From Tubulanus polymorphus (taxonomy: Eukaryota; Animalia; Nemertea), in assembly GCF_964204645.1 (NCBI RefSeq), contig NC_134029.1, forward strand, positions 3,906,001 through 3,970,000: 64,000 nt of DNA, read 5' to 3'. The notes under the pieces are model-generated. The model ran no database searches, was not told the origin of the DNA, and worked only from the letters and a program-made list of their open reading frames with translations. Of the stretch, positions 38,701-50,672 are shown piece by piece. The translations under genes and the position numbers were made by a program. Each line of letters begins with the position of its first letter. The stretch's first letter is position 1.

Positions 38701-41700
38701 TGCCACATCTAGTTTCGATGGTACGATCAAAGTTTGGAATGTGGATACATTGACTGCTGTGAGTAGTTCTGTTATATAGCTTCTTATTGTGGTGAAATTA
38801 ATTAAGACACAGTCAGTAATATAAAAATCTCACAATATGAATGGCTAGCTATTTTAGCTATGATTTTCTTCTGTAAAATCCTTTAAAAAAACCAAGTGGC
38901 TTCATTGCTTATAGTTTTGGAAAAAATGTTTTCTTCTACGCTGAAGGTACATACATCTCCGGGTAATGAAGGAGTAATTTATTCTATATCCTGGGCTCCG
39001 TCTGATTTGAACTGTATTGCTGCTTGTACGTCTCGTAATGGTGCTTTCATATGGGATATCACTAAAGGCAAAGTCATCCAGCGTTACAAAGAAGTACGTT
39101 CCATTTTGAAATGTCGAAAATTCATCGATTTCTAACGAGTGTCTAATCAGTGTAAATACTTTCTTACTAGCATGGTCGTAATGCTGTATATTCAGTTGCT
39201 TGGAATCATAAGGATTCAAGGCGTCTGGCTAGCTGTGGTGCTGATGGTTACTGGTAAATACTGGCGATATTCTTTCAGGGTGGCCGCCCTGTCTTTCTTC
39301 AATATGATGTCGTACAGTTTGTGTCAAGTTTCTCAAACTCTTCTGATTTCAGTATAATCCGTTTAATCGATGGTGAACTGTTACAGAAATATCGACACCC
39401 AGGAGCTGTGTTCGGCTGTGATTGGAGCACTAATAATAAGTAAGTTAATAGGCACGTCTTATGAATGAAAGGAATTCGAAGAAGATAGGAAAGCGTTTTT
39501 AAGTTACAGGAAAATAACTTCAATCAGCAGTAGAAGAATGAATATTCTTTCTCTGTTTTAATGTTTTTCTTGTTTCTGTTTTAGAGATATGATTGCCACT
39601 GGTTGTGAAGATAAATGTGTACGGGTTTTCTACATGGCCACGAATACTGATCAACCTCTGAAAGTTTTCGCAGGTAATAATCAACAGAACTCTCTGAAAC
39701 TTGTCCGAAATCTGTTTCAATTTTTACATGGTTTCGGCGATTATTTTCAGGTCATACTGCTAAAGTTTTCAACGTGAAGTGGTCACCGTTGAGGGAGGGG
39801 ATACTTTGTAGCGGCTCCGATGATGGGTGAGTTTATTTGACTGGTGTAGACCAGGCCATCATCAGGGGGAAAGCTAATTTGCTATTCTGGTTCTAGCACT
39901 ACAGTGTACTAGATATTAACTAATTGAAAATGAACTGATTTAGACGGAGATTTAACTAACAATGTGCAATGAATTTTGCTTCTAACGAGAGAAATCCCAC
40001 AATAAATTCAGCCAGAATGAGAAACTTGAATAGATGAGTATATATATTTGCGCAACGTTTAGGCTAAAGACTATTAGCCATCATCAGGCATCAGACTCTT
40101 ACTGAATTTATTGTGGAATTGCTCTCGTTATCATCTTACACGGATATTGTGTATCTTCTCGTCTCAACAATTTTGCTTCTAAGTTCATTATCTTATCAAA
40201 TTCTCTTGGTTTGTATAGGACGATAAGAGTTTGGGATTATACGCAGGACGCGTGTATTAATGTACTAGTCGGTCATACAGCTCCGGTGAGAGGACTACTG
40301 TGGAATACCGAGATTCCGTATCTGTTAATATCGGGAAGTTGGGATTATTCGGTACGTGTTTGGGATACGAGAGACGGAGCAGCTATTGACGTTATTCTAG
40401 ATCACGGTGCTGATGTTTACGGTAGGTTGACAGAGGTCCGTCGTTTCTCCGTGTGTCATGAACGATTCCACAATACTGACGTTTATCATCAGACATGATT
40501 CATTACTGTTTCTCTGACAGTCGAGACTATCTGAAAATAAAGCTAATTATCATCAATTGTGGGATTGTTCGTTATCATCTATGGTACTTTGGGACTAGAT
40601 CAGTTTGGTTTCCATAGACAATTGACTCATTCAATTGATGAAAAACATCGAATCCCGCGTTAGTTTTATATTGTAATGTGAATTTTTATGCATCAGTGCA
40701 TCAGTTTACCGATCATGTTTCTCAGTATAATCGAAGCCGTGTTTTTAGATCTCGTATATCCTGTTTTTGTATAGGTTTAACTTGTCATCCATTGAGGCCA
40801 TTTTTGCTAGCGTCGTGCTCAAGAGATTCTACGGTTCGGTTATGGTCTCTTACTCCACTCGTTCAGCCTCTAGAACTCAATATTATTGCTCAAAGACCTT
40901 TTACGGAAGTTATGGGAACGACAGGTGAAGAAACTGCCTAACGAATTTATTGATTGAGTTCATGCTCTCCTTTTCAAATATCAAATTCAGTTATCATTTC
41001 TGCATTCATTTTGCTGTTTCAGAACATGCAATGAATCTGGGGACACGGCCTTTACTGACTGGAAAAGTATCTAAAGAATATAAAAGCAATATGGACGAAC
41101 TTCCCGGCGATTTGAATTCACGAACGTTGCTTTGGTTCTCCAAATTTTTCATGGTAAACGATCCTTATCGTCATATTTGTATTTAATCATAGGGTTCAAT
41201 ACAATAATCTTGAAGAAATAATAATCAAACAGTCAATGAAAAAAATAGTTTTGATATAAGATTATTGGAACTCAAAACCTCTATGAAATGAAACATGTTT
41301 TGAATATATTCTAGCATCCAGGAGGCACGTCAAATCTCTGGGAGTTGGTATTTGTTGTAAATGGTGGAAAACATCTCTCAAATCGATACAGCACTGGTAT
41401 TATGCACATGGATCATTTAACGAAATTCAAAGCTGTAAGTTTCATCATATACAGCAGAGGTCAATTTGATATGAAAAATGTATGACTGCCTAAAATATTT
41501 TGAAAAAGAATGTGAAATATCTGAAAAATGATGGAAACTGAAAAATTCAAGAGAAGTATCATAAGATATCTTTTAAAAGAGATTTAGTTTTGACCTATCC
41601 TAATATTGAATGCTTTCATAATCGTACTTTGGCTTGAAAAATGTGATAAATCCTCGTGTTTTGTTGTGAAAAAATGTGAAAAGCCAATTGAAATGATGTG

Positions 41701-44700
41701 AAAAATGTGGAAATTCTTGAGTTCATCAATCCGGCGCTTGCTACACGAGAAGTTTATGTTTAGATGTTCTGATGATGCGCTGTGTTTTTCAGTCCGAAGC
41801 TCAGCAGCTCGAAATGGCGCGAGTGAATAAATACGGCTCCAGTATCGGTGCACCGTCACGCGATCACCAGTTACGAGAAGCTGCTCATCTTTATATCTGT
41901 CTCGGAAATGTCGAGAAATATTGCGAACTACTCGTCGAATTAGGAGAGGTATTTATGCGATGATGCATTACCAAAACATGGTCAAATATACCCGAAGAAG
42001 AACAAACTGGTGCCAAGTCTGGTGGCATTGATAGAATATTTAGTGAAGCCGATTTCTGAAGCCAGGTATCAAATAATTGGAACTAAATCTTTCTCTATTT
42101 GTTTAGTGGGAGAAAGCTTTGGCAGTAGCACCTGGAGTTTCTTTTGACTATTGGAAATCTCTCGCTGAAAGGTAAGTTCATACAACTCAAATCAATTGAT
42201 TTCGGTTCTATGGTAAGTTGAAGTTTCGGTCTGAACCTTTTTTTTCTGCCTTCACTGGAATGATTCTCTTCGATTTCTATTCAGGCGATGTCAAATACTG
42301 ATGCAGGAGAACAGCGTGGATGTTATACCCTACAGCGTAGCTACAGGTGGCTGTCGGAACCTCGTGAAGTATTTCACGGATTGCGGCCAGCTCTCGGAAG
42401 CGATGTTGATGGCGCTCGTAGCGTACGAAGGGTTGATGCCATCTGCTCATTCAAATCAAGAGGAAAACCATTTGTTGCAAAATGGAGTGAAAGACGAACA
42501 TTCAGATGAACAGTTGACGAGGTTTGTTTGTATGTGTGGTTACAGGTTTCTCACAGATCAAGGAAAATCAGGGAATTCAGACTCTTTCCTTCGCAATCAG
42601 GAACAAGTCAGGGAATTTTAATTTTTGGTTCTTCCTGGTTACAAGTGGCACACTAGGAACCTCTGGAGGATATCATACAATTTAATCAGGGAATTTTTTG
42701 GTCATGAAAATCAGGGAATTATTGATTCCTTGATGGGTAAGAACGCTGTATAAAGAGAAATGTCTCATCATTGGTCCGACCAAAAATCAGTTTATTGATA
42801 ATTTGTTGTATGTTCATTGACAGATTACTAATTGACGCCAGTAATGAACTTGCGGAATGGTACTTCAGTTGTGGTTCACCTATCAAAGCAGCATGCTGTC
42901 ATCTGGCTGTTAATGATTGTAAAGTAAGCTGCTTATAATGATCTTTCTCCTTGAATACCCTACTTCAATAGTTCAGAGATGATTCGTACAAAAAGCTTTT
43001 ATTTTCGTATTTTAGCAAACATTGGCAAAGTTGATTCGTGGAAATGAACTGGAATTGGCCGCTTGCGTCGGTCTCGTCCTGAAAGATACGTCGTCCAAAC
43101 CCCTGACTTGCGTAGCATTACAACTTCTATCCCGGAAATGTGAAAATATCGGCAAATGGTTTGTCTTCAGTTTTAACTTACCGGTATTCATAAATTCTTT
43201 AATAAAGGAAAATAGCAGGACTGAATTACGGCCTATGAAGATTATACGATTCATATGTGGTGATGGTACATGTAAATTGAGTTGAAGCATTGATTTCTTT
43301 CTTTCTAGTTCCCCGACCGGTGATGGAAGGTATTAGTTATCATAATCAAACATATCGTACGGCGTATACCGTAATACTGTGTACAACACTTCATTGTACA
43401 ACACCTCCCTGGTCCTACACCCACTCATTGATTGTAATAACTGTGTTTGGCTATCTGTTTTGTGATATGTTTGAAATGAAAGATGAATGTTTACCCGGGT
43501 ATTTCCCTGTTCAATTGGTGAAATGCAGTGCTCGACGAGTTTGACTGCACTTCCATTTGCACCATCAATGAATAATGTTTTTTGCTTTGACCTAACAGAA
43601 TGGCACCTGCACATTTTGTTGTTACTCAATTTTCCTATACCGTGCATAGAATTCATATATCCTTGAAATAGTTCTTGATTATCCAGCACCCAATAAACTG
43701 CTGAGGTATGGTTTCCCTAGACCATCAGTTTATCTTATAGCTTAGTATGGAGCTCGGTCCTATCCCAAACCCATATAGCGGTCCTTTCAAATATGCAAAA
43801 GTTAAAGAACAGGTAGAAATTTGCGAAATATGTTGCGAATAATGACTAGAGCGCCATATCTGCAATTAAAAAAAAATTCCAATTTATGTGTCTACGGAAA
43901 TTTTGGTTTTCCCCAGTGATAAACTTGTGTCGCATAAAATTAATCAATGTTATGTAGGTTTGTGTACCTGTAATGTTTGTATTTGATACATAAATGATGA
44001 AGTATCTTCTATACCGACCGGTATAGTCATTCCTTGAAAATGGTTTCCAGTTGAAAACCGAAAATTCGTAGTTTCTTATGAGTCTTTGAATTTTGTGATG
44101 CTTTTAAACATGGATTTTACATTGTGGCTCTGACACTCGTGCAAAAGCAACCCTAGCATGTATACATACATTTGTATTTGTATGTACGTATGTGATTGTG
44201 AGTGAGAATTATGTAGCGCACCCGACGCTGTTTTCTATTCACAGGGAACTGGCAGTCGATTTGTTGAAGATGATACCAAATAACGAATGGGATTTAGTGA
44301 AGCTATGCGCTAGATGCGCGAGCAGTATGGCCGAAATCGACAATCTACATGAAAAAGCCGGACTGCCGAATTTAGAGGAGTGTATGAATCTGTCTCATAA
44401 ACTACGCATCAAAGAAGATGTTTGGGATTACGTGAAATATAGTCTACTATCTACGACTCCGGAACTGGGGATGCAGGTCGGGTTGAGTTTCGTTAAAGGT
44501 ATGTCATTGATTCGAGGCATTTAAACGTTTCTGGACTGCGATCGTGTATGAAAATATTGATTTTCGTCGATAGAATGTTTAAAGAAGGAATCGTGGGTGG
44601 CTGATGACGTGTTTGATATGTTACAACTGCTCGCTAGTATTAGAACTGATCGATTACAACAATTTCAAAATAACACGTGAGTGACAACAATTTATATATT

Positions 44701-46026
44701 CCAAATCTGTATGTAAATAAATCTGTACCATGTGTATGTGAATATGCATTTTAGGATGTGTTCAGAAATGATGTCATTATGCAGTTATATTGGCGCTCTT
44801 GTGGCTATTAGAAGATCATACGATTCAATTGTTTTAGCTTTATTCCGATCTGCTAGGTAAAAATTAACTTTCTAATCTCCCTAAGTGTCTATCTGACTGG
44901 ACCCAGTTCCACTGTTCTGAGTTAAATTTGACTCTAGAGTTAAAACATTGAAAATGAACTAACTTTAACTCGGAGTTAACTCTAACTCACAACTGTGGAA
45001 CCGGGACCTGTTTATTATTTTTCTAACAGAAATCATCTCCGGTTTTAAGTTAAGGCTTGTTGAATATTTCATGCGATAAATGATTCTCGGTTGAGTGTAA
45101 TTGATGGATAGTTCTGTTTATTTGCAGACACGTGATCGACCAGGAACAAGTTCTACTCAACATTCTGAAATCCGAACAAATTGAACAAGACGCCTCGGTA
45201 TGGGCGGCGAAAAATACTCAAACCGACAAGTACGTGAAATAAAATCTGACTAAAAATCATTTGTCGCGTGATTCTCATCTGTCGAAATGAAGTTTGTTTA
45301 TGGTTGTTTGTTTATTAAAGAGCTGCTGGAGATAGAAAGAGATTCGGAGCTGAGTTGCAACCGCTCTACGAAGAACTTCTGCGTAAATGCGGGGAGGAAA
45401 CATGGCCAGTTGGAATCGGTCCCGATATAGTAGCTAGTTCTCATTTACCCAGCCATTCCGACGTTCATGTATCGTATCTGACTGGACAGCGAATCCAGGT
45501 ACGGCATTTATTTTACTTATTCTACATAAGCCCTGTCAACTCGATACAGTTGTACCTCATTACAACTAACTTCAGGGGTCCAGAAAAATCTGAAACGTTT
45601 TAGAGTTCACGGTTATATCCAAAACCGGTTTGAAATTAGTTTTATTGTTTTACTTTGAACGAAATTGTAAATTAGTTATATTTCGGGTAGATTGTTGATC
45701 CGAGTTCACTATAAAGAGGTTCCGCTGTACCACGCAAGTCGGTACTTGCCTCATTGAAAGTGTTTATTGCCTGGGCTATTTAAAAGTCCGACAAGCTCTC
45801 CGACATGGATTCAGATGGAGACTTTTACTCTATTAAAATCTTTTTGGATACATATCTTGATTTAAGGTCAATTTCATAATTTGTACTGTTATGGTATGTT
45901 TTTCAGGGCACGCCATATTTTCTCGAGGATGCCAAATCGGCAATATCACAGAATGATGCATTGATGTGGAGTAAAGTGAATCCCTTCTCTCCGCTCTGTT
46001 CTGGAATGAGATTAAATCCATTCTAG
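35766..46026 (+). CDS. WDR17: WD repeat-containing protein 17, multi-exon
   Basis: N-term MSKVKQVGLLAAGCQPWNGDVCAASGDRFAYCATLAVYIYQ and C-term LEDAKSAISQNDALMWSKVNPFSPLCSGMRLNPF* match recalled human WDR17; many WD40 exons in between. Probable non-coding first exon at ~32350-32440. Confidence 0.96.
35987..36110 (+). mobile_element. Copy of a dispersed CAGGGTGGCCAC / TCAGGGAA short element
   Basis: Related decayed copies at ~32525-32630, 38366-38440, 42543-42750, 47305-47525, 60340-60597 and 63590-63710. Confidence 0.55.
44900..45007. mobile_element. PIF/Harbinger-like MITE (family A)
   Basis: TIR GACCCAGTTCCAC...GTGGAACCGGGAC with CTG duplication; close copy at 61814-61921. Confidence 0.8.
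45547..45727. mobile_element. Tc1/mariner-type MITE
   Basis: TA|CAGTTGTACCTC...GAGGTTCCGCTG|TA imperfect TIRs. Confidence 0.5.
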
Positions 46027-47095
46027 CCGCGTGTCCACTAGCTCAGTCTGTCAGACGTCATTAAAGGAACTTTTGTTTGAGTGAATTGCGCATTCCAAGC
46101 GGTAGAGTTTTCCATTTTACCTAGTAGTGTACCAGAATTCCAGAGTGTGATGAACACGAGATGATACCGTAGCGTTGCCTCGTGGTGTTAGTATGTTGTC
46201 TAGAGAAACCACAATTTTTTTCTAACTTAGTCTTATGAAAAATGTATGATTTTATATACATTTCAAACCAAAGTAACTCTTGTGAATTTTAGTTTCCCAG
46301 TGTTCTGGGTAAATGAAAACCAAACCTCAAAATCCTGAAAATACTAACAACAGACTTTCTTGCACTTGCAATCAAAACCAGTTGTGTATTTTATCATTAT
46401 TTGTACAGCTGAACAGAGTTTTGAGTTGTTTTTGTCTTTTTTTAATTGAGAGAGAATTATGTCTAACCACCGTCCAGCTATACATCGGTTATACCATCAA
46501 ATACTCATTTGATTCATAGTAATAAAAGCTGATGTATGTTGCTATCATTCTGTTATTATTATGTTTATATGTGTATGTTAAGAATATCAAGAATAGACAT
46601 TTACACCAAATTCTTCAGATTACTTGTTATTTCTCTGGTTCAAGTTCTGAAGTCTTATTATATCAGAGAAGAATTCGTCTTGAAGATTCGAACCACTGGT
46701 CACACTCGTAAGGAAATCACTTCTACGTGGACATATAGATAGGACTTCTACATAGGATTGCTCCACCAAGCTAGCCAGATCCGAGTTGAAAGGTTTGGGT
46801 ATCTATCGAAGGCAGGCTTGTATTCTTCCTTCCCTGCCAAGTGGCTTTGGTTTTTACAAAGAAAAAACTTCGAGAACTGAATTTCTAAATATATATACAA
46901 GTATATTTATTGAAATTGAATTAAGATCTAACAAGAGTCTTTAATACAATAAAGGATTTGATGTGGTCACAGTAAACGTCCTCATACAGTACACAATATA
47001 AAACACTCATCGGATGGACTAATGGACGGACAGTAATCAAATGAGGAATGAAACTATTCTCATCTTCATTTGTGATAAGAAATTCTGTTGATTAC

Positions 47096-49237
47096 TCAGT
47101 GTTGAATGACCATTGGTTTGACTGCATTGTCGTATCCTAACTGTTGAACATGTATTTCTTGATATTGAGGTGTGGCCGCAGCCTGGTGCATCGGAGAGCC
47201 ACCTGAAATACAAGTGGGACCTCATTAGAATTCATTAGGAAATAACATCATGTGAATGAAAGTTAATTGATGAAATGTCTCGCGCTAAATGTCTTGAAAT
47301 CATTCAGGGTGAACACTTTAATTCGATTTTTCCTGACATGCACATTTTTTCCCTGACTGATCTGCTCAATAAACAGTCAAATATGTAAGACATACCCCAG
47401 TAGACAGAAACTGCTTGATTTTATAAGTGATCTAGCAATCTCAGTAAATTTTCCTGACTATTCCCTGATTTTTAGTTTTTTTTTTACAAAATAGCCTGAC
47501 TTCTCTGATTTCTAGGTAGGTGGCATGAAAACTGATAGTGAATATTATTTTGTGTACCTTTAGTCGGGGATCTGGCAGTACTGATCATCGTGCTCTCATT
47601 TTCATATGTCGGTGGATTTTGAGATGGGATTCGTTCGCTCAATTCTCCGAGCGTCGGGCGGATGTTAAACCGGTCAGGATTCTCCATACGTTCAACTCGA
47701 CGATGTTCTATATGATCGTTAATTATATCTTGTGCCTGCAAAGAGATATCAATGATAAATAGAAGATCGAAAATCCATGAAAGCGATTACAAAACAAGTC
47801 TTAAATTCTAATGATTGTGAAGAGTTTAGTGACACAAATGTTTTCAGGATTGACACACCCGTTATTATCATAACCCCAAATCAGGTGAGTTTCTACTAAA
47901 TTGTGTATTTTAAACATTTAAAAACTTAACTATACATGTCAATCAAATGAAAAAAACTACTGATATAAAGATACACTAAGAGTTATAGAATTCCAAATGC
48001 TTCCTAGCTAATTGATACAAGGGGCAGACTGACAGGAGCACAATGAAAAGAGAGGCAAAGCCAAAACTGGAGGTCTGGAAAATTTCAAAATTTAAGGAAA
48101 TTCTAACTTATTTTCCAGGCACATAAGTGCCAGAAATCTTAAAGAATAATTTCCATTTGTTTTCGAAAGGGCACAGGAGAATAGCAACCCTATCATTACC
48201 AGCAACTTACTTTCATTTGATTAGTGATGATGTTTTTATCAGCGAGTATTTCTGTAACGCGCAGGTTATTTTTAATCGCTTGTGAAGCTGTCGATCTCGC
48301 GTGCATCGGTATTCGTATCTGATAGGCACTGTCTGTGAAATCCACTTCAAACTCAGAAGCCATTTTCTTCACCCTAATTTCAGTAAATACAAAGGCAGAA
48401 GAAATCTGTTAGGCCTAACATTTTTTACATAAGTCAACAGTCATTAAATGAAAATCAGTTGTCAAGAGTCAAACTAAACAACAATCAAATATGGCCGGTA
48501 GATTGATATCAATCTTAGTATTTCAGAGTTAATGAACAAAACCCAATCAAAATGAATTATTTCTATTTCCTTCAACACTTCAATCTATCTTTATTTGTGT
48601 TAACTATCACTTGAAATAAATTCTAGACTCATTTTTCTCAAAGCTGCAGCTTGGTGCAATTAGTTTGAAATCTACGTTTGAATTGGAGTTCAAACTTACG
48701 GTCGATTCGTAAGAATCTCATAGATTCTATCGCACAGAAGTTGAGCTGCTCCTTCTTTACAATGGATCGTACCTTCCACGAAATCTTCCGGTATTTCTAA
48801 CTTGTGTTTCTTGATAAACTAAGTAATGAAGATATTTCAATCAAATAGCGAAATTGTAGAATAACGATTTGTCATCGAGAAATACACATTTTTTTCTTAA
48901 GAAACATACATTTTTTAGTAATGCCCAGTTACGCTGTTTCGAATCCAGAGACGTGCCATTATTATATGAATGCATAGTTATCTCAAGAGGAAAATACCAC
49001 GAAAATATTTCAGCTACCAAAAAACCATTTGTTAGATCCCTGAAAATTAAATTAATGATTTTTAATTTTGTTGTAATTATTTTTTTTTTGTTGATAAGAA
49101 AATTCGAAATTTTATTTTTAAGCCATTTTGCTCACATGATTCAAAAAATATTTTACTCACCATTTCGGAGTCTTAACTTGCCAAGTTAAATCTAAACTTT
49201 GTAACCAACGAATTACTTCTCTACTGAGGCCTGCCAT
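47096..49237 (-). CDS. SPATA4: Spermatogenesis-associated protein 4 (SPEF1-type CH domain), 6 exons
   Basis: Exons 49161-49237, 48910-49039, 48700-48818, 48211-48373, 47558-47735, 47096-47202 give MAGLSREVIRWLQSLDL..DLTNGFLVAEIFSWYFP..NGTSL..GTIHCKEG..FTDSAYQIRIP..RSTASQAIKNNLR..NPDRFNIRPTLGE..QEIHVQQ, matching recalled SPATA4. Confidence 0.92.
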
Positions 49238-50672
49238 TGCGTCTAGAATTTCCTATTGAAGAGTTCTGAAGTTCAGGAAGTTTACACGACGGCCATATTG
49301 TTTATTGACAACCGACAGGTCTCTAAAACATCAATGATTTTCAGACTAATAAAACTCCACTCTTTCCACTTACATTGAACAGAATTTATATATTAAACAA
49401 TACATAAATGGATATAGCTAGACTTATCTATTCTAGGTTTTGAAAAGGTTAGTGTCGAAAAGTTCGAAAATTTATTGATACTGTTTCGACCTGTATTTAC
49501 AGGTGGCAGCACCTCTTGGTCCACCAGTTCGTGCGGGCTGAACAGCTGAACAATCCGGAAGGCAAGCGAATGTTTTAAACATTTATGATGATAAAACGAT
49601 AAGATAAACGCATAATATTTGTTTTTAGAAGTGAGTGAGTTTTGAGTTATCTATTTGAGATATTGTTTGAAAATTTTAGCTCGTGTCACGTGAACTTATG
49701 AGTTTTGAGAAAGCGGATGATTTAGCGGCAGTTTAGTCTGTGTTTAATCCATAATCATAGTCGATATACAACAGACAGACTGGGTCAGCTTATATTTTTT
49801 TGTGTTCCGTCATGATTCATGGATTGAGGTCTGTGGAACTGATAGAGGATATGTTTGTTATGTAGTAAAGAAGACTTACTTTTTAGTAAGTTCTCAGGGA
49901 ATGTGGGAGGCCCGGCCATCATTTAAACACTTTTTTCGGCATTGGGCTTTCAGTTTCATTTTATTTTTAAGATTTTTGGCTAATCATTTAAGATTTTTGG
50001 GATTTGTGTCACTTGTATCATAGTGCATTTGAAATGGAATTATTGTTATAGCCATTTCTTATATATGCCTGTTTGTCAATGATTTTCAATGTCTCAATTC
50101 GACTACAACCTTCTACTCTCAAACATAGGCCCCTCATGATTTTCGCAGCGGTAGGCTTATAATGATTGGGCAGGGCATAGATGAAAATAGCTGATATACC
50201 TCGTCGATGGTCATTTTAAGAATTATGAATAGAATTTGAAATATTTTCTGTGGAAACTCGTGAAAATATATTAGACTATAGGTTTTTTTTGTTGTAAAAA
50301 CATTTTATTATAAGACCCTTTTTCAAAAAGCACCATTGCTAGGAAATAATGTGGCCTACCTTTTTCAGGCTCACTCTGTGGCACTAGAGATTATACGCCC
50401 GTAGTCTGTCTTATCTTCTTATCGCTTTTAAAAATAGGACAGAACAATGCTTATCAAATACTAATCGATAAAATGAAAATAGTTGAAAGTACAAATATAA
50501 ATTGTTCAATACACGCCAGGTATCTGAAATGAACTGTGCAGGTATATCTAGGACAGGTTTGATAGTGTTCATTTGGGGTGTATACGGAACTGTCATTGAC
50601 GCCGGTTGGTTAAAAATCAAATATTAGTCTCGGGTCTTTGTCGGATTATCCGATTAGTGCCGGTAGTAAGCT

